Source: Octopus sinensis
Lineage: Eukaryota
Reading direction: 5' to 3'
DNA: 64,000 nucleotides
Assembly (NCBI RefSeq): GCF_006345805.1
Contig: NC_042997.1
Coordinates: forward strand, 207,886,001-207,950,000
A model generated the notes under the pieces. It did not search any database and was not told where the DNA came from. It saw only the letters and a program-made list of their open reading frames with translations. Both the position numbers and the translations under genes were made by a program. Positions 36,121 to 49,572 of this stretch are shown piece after piece (position 1 is the stretch's first letter; each line of letters begins with the position of its first letter).

Positions 36121-39100
36121 TAGATAGATAGATATATAGATAGATAGATAGATATATTATATAGATAAATAGATAGAGAGAGAGAGCAAGAGAGAGAGAG
36201 AGAGAGAGATGTGTGTACACATTTAGTGCATTTTAAAACCTTGCTTATAATTTGTCTTTCGTGTATATATCACTCATATGGCAGTGTTGTCTGCTACACA
36301 CAATGTACATGCTTACCACATCACATGACTCAGGCTGATGGTCATGTGATAAGTAATTTCTAAGAGGGGAACCTGTTCAAGGAAAGAAACTTGGTTGTTC
36401 AGTTGAAGAAGGCTTCCAGAGCTAAATGGCCTCTCGTAAATACTTTAGAGTCAGGCAACTCTATAACTCTTGGTTCAACATTATTGGACATAAAAAAATA
36501 AAACACTTATTTCAAGAAATTTCTCTCTAAAGAATGATTAGTAGAAAATGTAAATCATCATCATCATCGTCATTTAACATCCACTTTCCATGCTGGTACA
36601 AACCCAAACTGCATCTCGTCTAAACTAACTCTCTCCCTAATTAGTTGGGCTATGACCCTCTCCATGACTTTCATCACCTGATCCAACAATTTGATCACTC
36701 TCCAATGTCTATTTTTTTGTTTTGGACAATTTATAACTTCGTATTAATTAGAATATGAACAATAGTCATGTTTACAATGTATCAGATAAATAATTATAAT
36801 TATCCTTCGTTATTTATACAAGACAGGATTCACAGAGTGAGACAAGAGTATTTATCAAACGCAATAAATCAAACATCATCATCATCCTTGTTTCACATCC
36901 ATTGTTCCCTGCTTGCATGGTCAGATTAGTTATTGAGGCAGACTTTCTATAGCTGGAGCTCTTCCTGATGCTGACCCTCACCTGTTTCCAAGCAAGGTAA
37001 TATTTCCCCCTGGCCAGACATGGTTTCCACAGAAGACAGGAAACAAACAACCTCACTTGTATGCTGGGGATGCTTGTTTACAGCCATCACATGATGTCAA
37101 GACAAGAGTACAAACACACACAGTACATATATGAGGGGCCCTTGTATCAGTTTCCATCTCCCAAACCAGTTGACAAGGCTTTGGTCGGCTCAGGGCCATA
37201 CTAGAAGATATTTGCTTGAGTTGCCTTACATTGGGAATCAACATGGTTAGAAATGAATCTTTTTAACCACAAATCCATGGCTGTGCCCATAACCAATAAT
37301 AGGAATCAGATAAAAGTTGACTGAAGGAGGAGGAAAAAATCTTAATTAACACCTGAAATAAATCATTTAATTTTCCACTAAAATATCAAACAATAACAAG
37401 TCCTACCTCTGCTTCACTGATTCCAAACACCATTTCTAGATGAAGCTTAAAAGCTCTGATTACTTCCTTCTGTACATCAATCAAACAAATATGCTTTATT
37501 TTGGAATTTGTCTGAGTATCAAGATAATTCTTTATCGTCCTTACTGTACATTTGGTTCCTTCTTCTATGGGTATACCTAAAATACCTGTTATAAATGAAA
37601 TATACAACATATTTAACCCAACAAATGTTCTTACTCAAAATATATATAATTAACCTGTGATATTATTGCAGTAATTTATCAGCTGCAATACCAAGAAACA
37701 ATACAATTCCATCATTTAGAAGAAGATTCTTTAATAGACAGAGGGGAACTTTCTAGATGCAATACCATGGCCATTGATGACCGAGGGGGGTCTTTACCTC
37801 CATTAATATACAATGGTATTTAATAAGAACTAAGTTTGTTTCTCTCCCTCTCTTGTTGAACACATTTCTTTTCTTTGTTGTTTGTTCAGTTAAATAATAA
37901 TAATAATAATAATAATAATCTTTTCCATGCTTCAGGTGGAATTGGTTGAGGCAAATCTTCTATGTCTAGTTGACATTCCTATCACCCACCCCCACACCAA
38001 GGAAGCTAATATTGCCCCATGGCCAGACATGTTTTCATTGTAGACTTGAAATGGATGACACTACTTGTATGATGGTGATCCTTGTTTACAAATATCATGT
38101 GATTAAAAGACAAACAGATACTAACACAGTCACACACGCACACATAGACACACACACACATATATATGGACATATGTATGTATACACACACACACACATA
38201 TGAACATATACATATGTACACACATATAAACATATATATATGTATTTATGTACGTACAAAGAGATACATACACACACACATACACAGGGTTTAGTTTACT
38301 GATGACCTAAACCGTTAGGTATGCTGTATAAGTGCTATAATTGGTCATCCGTTAGGTTCCAAGCTCACGATTGAGGCTGGAACTAGGGATCACTAGGAGG
38401 TTTCTGAGTCAGCAGGTGTATATCAAAGGAAAATGGACCACAAAACAAAACCAAGGTAGGACAAGTATCTCGGGGCATTTAAGAATATTTAATTAAGGTG
38501 AATCAAAAATGAAGAAGTATCAGTAATTAATGTCTTACAGCTGTTTCTGGGCTATATGCCAGGTGATGGGTTAACATTCCCATACACTGGGTATGCCATC
38601 ATCAGAGACATGGTGTGTTTGTAGAAAAGTTCCCCACAGAGAATTCACAGTGTATAGAAGATTAAAGATAGAATAATAGGAATAAAGTTCACAGTTAATC
38701 TTGTTCCAAAGGGTATGGGGTTAACCTGTATTTCCGTGAAGGTATAACCCCTAAAGTATAATCCCAGGTAAATTCAAGAACTGTTTAGAATGTTGCTTTC
38801 CTATTGAAGGAATCGATCAAGTAGCAAATTAGAAAGGAAAATGGTTCGCATGCAAATATAATGTGAGAGAAACAGATGTCATGATGGATGGATCAGAGAG
38901 AGGGAGGGAAAGAGTGAGAGAGAGAAATAGAGAGAGAAAGAGAGAGGGAGAGAGAAAAAGAGAGGGAGAGAGAGAGGTAGATGAGAGTGAGTGAAAAGAA
39001 GAAAGAAAAGAAAGAGAGAATAGTAGAAATGAAGATAAATATAAGAATGGAGAAATTGTAAAGAGACTGTAGAAGGAAACAAAAGGAAGGATGAAATAAA

Positions 39101-42100
39101 AAGTATCATTGGGGGGTGAGAGGTCAGAAGTTAAGGTTTTGTTAAAGTGGCAGAGGGCATTTATGGCTATTAAAGGATAATTAAATAGATAGATGAATTC
39201 TAGGTTCACCTTGGTCACAGTGGTTGGTAGTAAAGGGAGTTAAGATACTAGAAATAGATGCCTAACTTAAGGAGAGGGAATATATTTAAAGTTAAAAGTA
39301 AAAATTAAGATGAAAGACTAAAAATTAACAATTAAAAGATTATTGCAGCTAGATGGATATGTTGAGTTAATAGGTATTAATAAATGAAGGAAATGCATGT
39401 GTATATTGTTATGACTGTGAATGTAGAGGTGGAGGTGTCATGAGAGTTGATTTTGCTTGCATTTGGATCTGTGGAAGAACCTGAAGGTATGATAGAACTT
39501 GTGTTTGTATGAAGAGAATGCTTCATGCTATCTGCTAAGGAATTGTGGTGACTCGTTAATTAATATTTGAAGGGCTTCTTTAAGGCAAAAGCCATATGTA
39601 GAGCAGTCCTTGGTATGTAACACCAGAATCTATTGTGGCCCAGGTTATACTATATAGTAATTTCTAACATTTTAAGTGATGCATATGGTTAGTTAGAGAC
39701 GTGGATTTGCTATGCTCCACATATTTAAAAGAATTTAGATGTGCAGAGTATCTCTGCTTAAAATTAATTGTAGACCTGATGTAATGACTAGTAAAATTGT
39801 GTAGTATGTTGAGTACAGTGCATTTATACACATTGTTAAACCTTCTGCAATGGGCATTCACTCTAGATTGGTAGTTGCAGCTGGATCTATCTGTCCTATG
39901 TGGGTTAGCTGTGGATAGTCATGATGTAGTACTAATTGTGGGAAGGTGGAAATCTAGGGTAGTATTTACGGTTTGGCTCGTATTATTATCATTATTAATA
40001 TTAATATAAAACACTATCACTATTACTATCAGAATCATTATTACCATTATTTTTATTCCTATCACCACTATTATTACTGTTACTATTATCATCATCATCA
40101 TCATTATAATTCATATACACTCAAAAGATTAGACTGTTGAAAAGAAAAATTCCTAACATCAAGCTACAACAGAGTAACCTTAGATGCCAAGAACCCTCCT
40201 AAGCATCCAAGCTGTCCATAATAACACTGTTTTCTGGAGCTGTACTAAATTATGTGTTATGCCTATTTCCTCTATCCATCTGTTCGAATCTTTAGCGATA
40301 GTTCCCAATGCACCTATAACTACTGGAATAGATTTTACCCGCACTTTCCATAGTCTCTGTAATTCAGTGGTTGGGTCCTGGTACTTTGCTGTTTTTTTCT
40401 AAACCATTTATATTGACTTTCTCATCATTTGGGACTGTAAAGTCAATTATCTGGCACTTTCTATTCTCTTTACCTACTGCTACTAAACCAGGCCTTCTAG
40501 CTTCTATTACTCTGCCAGTCTGAATGTTAAACTCCCACAACATCTTTTATTTCTTACTTTCTAGTACCTTTACTAGGTTCATGTTCATATTATTAGTATA
40601 GTCAAATCTTAGCTTTCTACATACCTCCCTGTGGATTACTCTCCCTAGGTTATCATGTCTTTTCTTCTATTCTTTCTTTGCCATCATGTTACATTCACTT
40701 ACTATATGAGTAACATTTTTCGCTTTTGATTTGCATAATCTACACTGGGAATCTACTTGGTTATTATGTATCTTGGCCTTTATCCAATTAGTCCTTAATG
40801 CATGGTCTTATGCAGCTACTAACAATTTGCTGAAATTATCTTTGGAAAATACCATGCAAAGCCTTTTCCTGCCAGTTCTTTTTTCTGGTTTTTAACTTTG
40901 TTTGGGTTTTTGCTTTCCTTATGTCTTGCTGTGACTCTAGCAACTTTTAATAAACTTCCTTCACTATTACCTACATAAGAGTCTATACCTATTCTAGAAA
41001 AATCCATGCAGTCTTCTACTGATATTAAGCTTCTTCCATCTTCTTTTCTAGGTAAGTATAATCTTGCTACTCCTGCACTTGGGTAGAATCCTCAATTCAT
41101 ATTGAATGCCTTCGTTTTATTATCATTATTATCATCATCATCATTATTGTTATTATCTTCCCAGGTTTTGTTGGAGCTCCTAGAGTTTTGCATGCATAGA
41201 GAACTTGCTGCCTACAGCCTATGGTACCATGCTATTCTTTTCAGTTCTCTAATACTTCCCTGATTATCCTGGCTGTGCCAAGGAGACAACTCTTTTGTAA
41301 CATATCTATTGGGCACTCTATTCCAATTTCCTTGATATTCCTCTTGATGCCTTCTGATATTGTCCACAAGGAGGCAGCAATAATTGGCACTATCTTCACC
41401 TTCTTCATTTTCCATAGCCAAGTTATTTCATACTTAAGATGGTTATATCTATCTTTTCACCTTCCTTCTTGGCTATTCATAGGTCAAAGGGGCATGCACT
41501 GTCAACTGTATAGCACATGGGGTGTATCTTGTTGACCACCATTGGGTCTGGTCCATTATGCTCTGACACCTGATCTGTTTGGATTGGGAAATCCCAGAGG
41601 ATTTTGCTAGTCTCTGACTCCACCACTCTTTCTGGTTTGTGCTCATACCACATCTTGTCTCTTTCTCTAGCCTCCACTTTGTGCACAGTTTCCAATACAG
41701 CATTTTTACAACCTGGTTGTGTCACCACAACTTGTAATGGTTTGGGGCAAGTCTAAGGCATTCATTCATGATACGGGCAATGGTTTGAGCCAACTCTATT
41801 GCAGATGTGGCACTGTGGACATGCTTGCTCATTCCTAAGGTTGACCCTCCAGTTCGTGACCAAAGCCTGGTCCTGCGCTGCCACTATAGTGCTCTCAGTC
41901 TTTTTCTTTTAGGGTTCCTTTCATCAGCCAATCCCACCAATTTTTTTCAGCAACTTCTGTTTTAGCTGCATGGAATTAATTATGTAGTCCCTTCTTGGGT
42001 AATTCTTCGTCATGTCCTTTTTGTACTTCTTCCTTTGTTTTCCCTTTTTCTCTCTGCTTTCGATACTCTCTCATTCCTAACTGTGACTAGCAAGGTTTCC

Positions 42101-45100
42101 TTACTTTGGGTTACGTATCTCATTTAGCTCTGGAGTTTGGTACGTATGCAGTCTTCCACACTTATCAGTTCTCTTTCTCCATTTCCCTCTCTTCATGTAT
42201 AGGCAATCAGTGTCTGTTTGTGGATGATGGGCTCCATGCATCGGTAAGAGCTTTCTTGATTTCTTGTCCATCTCCTTTAGTTCCTCCTCTGACCACTTCA
42301 GGATTCCAACACCATACCAGCCATTGAAGAATTGGAACCTAGAGATCTCCATTTCCAGCGACTTTGAGGGCCACCTCCCAGTGGTGTTGGGTGTCAAAGA
42401 AGAGCCCCCGACTACAACAAGATGACCAAAGTTTTTTTTTTTCCAAGGTCTGGGGTGTCCGGCCCCTAAGCCCTAGACCATCACCTAATCACCCTTACCT
42501 GTCTTGTTGCTTAACAACAACAACAGCACCATACCGAACTACTGCGACTGCGCACGAGTTTATTACCGAAATTATGTTTCTAGCATTCAGCTTTGAAGCC
42601 AGTACTTTTCTCACTCATTCGCTGCAGCTATTATCTTTTTGTCTTTCCCTCCATGTCGTTGTGTCTGATTCCATCTACCTCAAGTATTCCCTTGTAATCA
42701 TAATTATCGGCAATGTCCCCCCCCCCACCACCACCAGATAAAATTAATTCCTAGAATTTCATTAAGTAAATTACTTGTTTCCCCACTGTTTAAATTCCAC
42801 TTCTATTAGAATATCGTCCCAAAGCAAACTTGCTTGTTCACAGCGCTAAACTACCTTCCGGTTGCAGCTTACTGTTTAAAAACCCTTAGCTTCATTGTGC
42901 TCCCTCATTCCTTTACCAAATGATGTCCGAGATGTGAGCTAAGACTATTTCTTTCTTCTATCTCATTTTCCCATTCCTGACTTCATTTCGCCGTTAATAC
43001 CTTAAATGTTTATTACCAATCAGCTTGTACTATTTAATTATCGGCAATGCCCCCCAGCCCAACAGATAAAATTAATTTCTAGAATTTCGTTAAGTAAATT
43101 ACTTGTTCCCCCACTGCTTAAATTCCACTTCTATTAGAATATCGTCCCAAAGCAAACTTGCTTGTTTGCGGTGTGGCCGCCCTTGCCCACCCCCACCACC
43201 AGTACCGGATATCTCTATTGTGTTTGTCCCACCATCTCCACCGGATATCCTTTCTCCCACCACTGGAGACTTTAATGGGCATGTCGGGCAGGAAGCAGGT
43301 ATCTTCACTGGGGTACACAGTGGCCATGGTATTGGCACTCGAAACCGTTGAGGGAACCAGGCTACTGGAGTTCTGTGATACATGTAACCTTCTAATCTGC
43401 AACACTAACTTCAGGAAGCCAAGACAGCCACCTGATAACCTATCAATCAGGGAACTCTTCTAGCCAGATTGATTTCATCCTCACCAGACAGCGGGACGCA
43501 GGGTTGCTCTTAAATGCAAAGACCCTCCCGGGTGAAGAATGTACCCCCCACCATAGGCTAGTCATTAGTGACTTTAAGCTTGAGGCCAGAAGGATACCAA
43601 GAAGCAAACCAATCCAAAAAAAGAAGGATTTGGAAGCTAAAGAATCCTTCTCATGGTCAGAGATTTAGGGACATCCTCATCAAGAAATTTGAGGAGAGGG
43701 AGGAGGAGCTACAGGCATCGGACATAGAAGGTAGTTGGAAATTCCTATGAGACAGCTTACTGAGCGCCACAGACCAAGTCTGTGGCTGGTGCAAAGTCCC
43801 TTCCAGACCTAGAGTTATGTGGTGGTGGAATAGTACAGTAGACAAGGCCATCAGGACAAAGAAACAGGCCTGGAAAGCCTGGAAGGATGGGGTAGCAGGG
43901 AACGGTACCAGGTAGCTAGACGGGAGACTAGGCGGCAGGTATACATAGCCAAGAGCGTAGCAGAAAAGAAGAAGTTTGCCAATGCCCAGAGACATAAGGA
44001 CCAGAGAACTGAGGCATTTCGGATTGCAAGTCAGTGTGTGAGAGAAAATTGTGATGTCACAGTGGAGAAATGTGTTCAAATGGATGATGGGGCACTTGCT
44101 TTTAGGGATTCTGAAAAGAAAGAGGCTTGGAGAAGCCACCATGAAAGACTGCTGAATGTGGAGAATGAATGGGAGGAGGAGAGCCTTCCAAAAACATATT
44201 TAGTGTCCATATTAATCTGTCAAATGTAATGCTTAGTTGTTCACATTTTTGGGAAATGGAAACCATCTGCTACATACACTGGAATTGCAGTACACATACT
44301 GAGTTGCTTTTCAATTCCTGTCTACCAAATCCACAGAGAAGGCTTTGGCCAGCCCAGGTCTATAGTAGGAGATACTTGTCCCATGTTCCATACCATGGGA
44401 TTAAACCACAAAACATGTGGTTGGAACATGAATTTCTTCATCATATAGCCATGTCTGGGTACTCCATTGGTTACAATGATGAGTGTTCCAGTCAATCTGA
44501 TCAATGGAACAGTCTGCTTATGAAATTAACATGCAATTGGCTGAGCACTCTACAGACACACATACCCTTAAAATGATTTGGCGTGACACAGTGTGACAAG
44601 GCTGGTCCATTGAACTACAGGTACAACTCAGTTTTGTCAACTGAAAGGACTGGAACAATGTAAAAGAAAGAGTCTTGTTCAAGGACACAATGTTCCACTG
44701 GGAACCAAACTCGCTATCATAAGATCATAAGCTGAGTGTCCTAACCAATAAGCCATGTGCTTTCACCATACAGCCATACTCTCTATGCTCTGAATACTCT
44801 AGCTGCTATTAAATAAATTGAACAGAATAAAAATGGTAAATTCTTACCTGTACTGATGGCAGGAATTGCAATTGATGTATAAGACTTTTCTTCAAGAAAT
44901 GCCAAACAATTTCGAACAGCTCTTGAAAGTTGGGAAACTTCATGGGTTTGTCCATTATTCCAAATGGGTCGAACAGCATGAATAATAGTCTTGCATTTGA
45001 GTCTACCAGCATTAGTTGACACTACTTCTCCAGTTTTCAGTTCACTCCTTCTTTCTTTCATAATTTTGTTAGATTCAGCTTGAATTTCAAACCCACCTGC

Positions 45101-48100
45101 AAAGATATTTGCCTTCTTATGTTCCTGCTTAATGCATGTTAATATATGTTAATATATGTAATGTATTAATATATATATGAGAGGGAGAGAGTCAGTTTAG
45201 ATGAGATGCAGTTTGGTTTGTGCCAGGGAGAAGCATCACTGATGTTATATTTCTGGTAAGGCAACTGCAGGAGAGATACCTACCCAGAGATAAACCTCTG
45301 TAATTGACTTTCATTGACATGGAGAACTCTTTAACAGGGTCCCCTGGTCCCTTATCTGGTGGTCAATGTGGAAACTAGGGATAGACGAGTGGTTGATGAG
45401 AGCTGCACAAGCCATGTACAGGGATACTGTTAGTAAGGTGAGGGTTGACAACTAGAATAGTGAAAGATTCAAGGATGGGTTCACAGTTCCCACTTGTTCA
45501 TCATAGTGATAACAGAGGAATTGAAGACAAGCTACTCCCAGTGCAGCAATATCAAAGGAAGGTTGACAGAGAAGATAGTTCACATGTGTAGAAGGTGCAC
45601 AGGTCAATAAATACCAAAAATATACAGAAAATAGATTCCATCACATGCTGGGTGGGGGAAACCATAAGTAATCAATAGCTTCCATTCACTTGGTGACCAA
45701 GTCTGTAGTTGGGAGGGATGCTCTGAGCATAGCTGCTAGAATAAGAATAGTCTGGGCAAAGTTCAGAGAACTCCTAGCTCTGTGGTAACAAAAAACTTCT
45801 CACTCAGAGTGAAAGGTAGACTATATGATGCCTGTGTGCAAATAGCCATGCTATACGACAGTAAAACATAGGCTGTGATTGCTGAGGTCATGCGTAAGTA
45901 TGCTCTGCTGGATGTGTAATGTCAGTGTGCATACACAACAAAGTGTAAGTGCCCCAAGAGAAGAGTTGGACATAAGAAGCATCAGATGAGGTGTGCAAGA
46001 GAGACAACTGCACTGGAAAGGTCATGTGCTACATATGGATGAGGACAGCTGTGTGATGAAGTGTCACACACTCTAACAGAGGAGGGAACCTGTGGAAGAG
46101 GTAGGTCCTGGAAGACATAGGATGAGGTGGTGAAGGATGACCTTTGAACATTAGGCCTTACAGAAGCAATGACAAGTGACCAAAACCATTGGAAATATGC
46201 CATGCTTGAGAAGACCCAACAAACCAAGTGAAATCGTACTTGTAGCCTATGCCTATGTCACATAACTGGCCCACTTAAAAGCACCCTTCAATCATCAAGC
46301 GATATGCTGTGCTTTGAAAACTTGATGAACCAAGAGAAATTGTAGTTGTAGCCTCACTGGCACCAGTCACATAAAAAGCACCATTCAAGCGTGGCCGATG
46401 CCAGTGACACTTGACTGGCACCAATGCCGGTGGCACATAAAAAGCATTGTTCAGGCATGACTGATGCCAGTACTGCCTAATTGGCATCCATGCTGGTTAC
46501 ACATCAAATGTACCATTTGAGTGTGACCAAAGATGTCTGACTGGCACCCATGCTGTGACTACATTCTCAGAGTAGTTGCCGTTAGGAAGGGCATCCAGCT
46601 GTAGAAACTTTGCCAAATCGGATTGGATCCTAGTGCAGCTTCCCAGCTTACTAGTTCTCAGTCAAACTGTCCAACACATGCCAACATGGAAAGTGGATGT
46701 TAAATGATAACGATGATGATATATATATAATATAATGTTGTGTTAGAAAGGTCCAACTTCAACAATAGCATACACTATATTGAATCAAATATAAAAAGAT
46801 CTAGAAGATGCATACAGAGGAAAATCTTACTGTTTAACTCACCTTATAGCATGAATGTAGCTATTAACATAGCAAGAAAATTTTAAAAATCAACAGACAA
46901 CCACTTTCCACATTCACACATATACCACAATATCTTCAACAGAAATACTGTTAAAGTTAGCTATACTTACCTCCCCAATATAGGGTCAGAGATACTCAAT
47001 AGCACACCAGAAATACCCTTGAAAGACAATGCAAATGTAAATCTTCAAGCTGCATCCCTCTAAATAACAACTGTCTTGAGAAAGAACTCATACACAAAGC
47101 CATGATCATGGATCCTAATGGAGTAGCAAAGACATATATCAGAATGACGAGCAACTTATTTAAGGAAAGGTATACACAACACCTGGCATCATTCAAATAC
47201 AAAACAAGAAACATACAACATCCTTATCAAATATGATATGGGCATTGAAAAGAAGGTGGAATAAGCAACCCCCAGATAAAATGGAATATTATTGTTAAAG
47301 CCAAAAAATACAGAGGATGGCGTACCAAATGTGAACTCTGTATTATGGAATAACTAAATATACAATCAACAAATAACATCCTAAATATTAGGGATAAAAT
47401 CTTCTCTCCCTGCTTATAGAAGCAATATTTTACACTCAAATAATTCAAAGGAGAATGACTATCTGCGCCATTAATCTCACTTGGATAACTATTTTCCTCA
47501 ATGTGAAATTTGAACACACATGGCACACAAATTCCACACTCAGAAGAAATATGTTCCAATGAACTATCTCAGCACATATGTATAAGAAAACCATGCCCAG
47601 AACTTGAAATAAAATAATGCAAACTAATTGACAACACAACTGCTTGTCCAAAAGCCAAATCCAAGCAAGACAAATATTCAAAAATACCACTCAAGTGTAT
47701 TGTCCTTTGATTCATTGTTTTATTCACAAGAATCTCCAGGAATTTAATGAGTCTGTGTTTTCCAAAATGGAGCTGAACACCTCACCTCCATATGACTGGC
47801 TTCAAAACTTGTTAAGACACTAGAAAATTTTTCTACTTTTCTTAGCACGAAAACAATGGTAGCCTTAATTCACAAATATAGAAATTATATATCCATCAAT
47901 CCAGTGTTGGGCACTCATTTTCATCATTTAACATCTCTGTATATACCTATATGTAAATACATGTGTGTGTGTGTTTATATATAATATATATAAATCTATG
48001 TGTGTTGTCATCATCATTATCGTTTAATGTCTGTTTTCCAGGCTGCCATGGGTTGGATGGTTTGACTGTGGACTGGCAAACAAGAAGGCTGCACCAGGCT

Positions 48101-49518
48101 CCAATCTGATCTGGCAGAATTGCAACAACTGGATGCCCTTCCTAATGCCAACCACTCCGAGAGTGTGGTGGGTTCTTTTACATGCCACTGGCATGAGGGC
48201 CAGTCAGGCAGTACTGGCATCAACTATGCTTGAATGGTGCTTTTTATGTGCCACTGGCACGGGAGCCAGTGTATGTGTGTATATATATATATAACTTAGA
48301 ATAACTTAGAAAGGTTTTGGCCAGTATTGGCCCAGGCCATGTCTAACTTAATAGCACCACCTGGCAAAGTCTTTCAATTCAGGATTTGGGCACCAAGACC
48401 CATTCGAGCAGAGTGTTATTATTTGCGGAGACATATCCGGGTGTGGATGGTTTGTCCGGGACTGTTTGAAGAAATTTGTCCAAAGAGTCTTACCAGAAAT
48501 ATGGCATCAGTGGTGCTTTTCCCTGGCACGAAACTAAACTGCATCTCATCTAAACTGACTCTCTCCCTAATCAGTTGGGCTATGACCCTCTCCGTAACCT
48601 TCATTACCTGATCCAACAGCTTGATACCTCTGTAATTATTTGTATCTAAAGCATCACCTTTACCTTTGTAGCAGTTGACTATTATGCTGCTACACCAGTC
48701 ATTGGGTATGACTCCTTCGTGTATCACCTGGTTAACTATACGGGTGACTAGGCTATAGCCGACACTGCCAGATATTTTGAGCATCTCTGCAGTGATGGCT
48801 GATGGGCTGGGGGCTTTCCCTGTCTTCATACTCTTAATTGCTTTATCTACCATGGTACTGTCAAGTCGGATAGCTGGTCCTTCTGTTGGGTCGACATTCA
48901 ACAGACTCTCTTTCTCCCATTCATTTTCTTTATTGAGCAACCTTTCATCACAGAACTCCAGCAGTCTGGTTCCCTCCTCATTGTGGGAGCCAAAACTGTA
49001 GCCTCCGTGTATGCCATTGAAGCCCCTGGCATGTCCATTGAAGTCACCAGCCACAAAGCGAAGGTCCCTGTCATTCGTCAATGCGGTAGTGTGCAAGAGT
49101 ATGTCATAGAATCGGTCTTTCTGTCCATCGGGTAGCCCTGGCTGAGGGGCATAGGCTGAGATAATGGTTGCTAATCCATGATGGAGCACTAATCTAATCT
49201 TAAGTGTTCTGTCGCATATTCTGACTACTTCAATTACCTTATCAACCTATTTCTCTGCTAGAAATATACCCACACCCCCAACCCCATCAGTGCTCCCTAC
49301 CCAGAAAATCTTGTACCTGTGTTCTTTGCCTGTGAGGAACCTAGCAGAACCCCCTCTCCACCTTACTTCTTAGATGCAGCACATATCGACACATCTCTGT
49401 TCAAGCATCTTAACAATTTCACCAGACCTAACTTTCAGTGTGCCAACATTGAGGGTGCCGACATTGAGAGTACCAACCCTGAGGGTTTGGGAGGTATGGG
49501 TCCTTGAGACCCTGGGAT

Positions 49519-49572
<54 letters not shown>

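Noticed and set aside
38299-38330. CTGATGA followed by a CCTAA/TTAGG hairpin
   Set aside because: No GAAA or stem III follows, so it is not a complete hammerhead.
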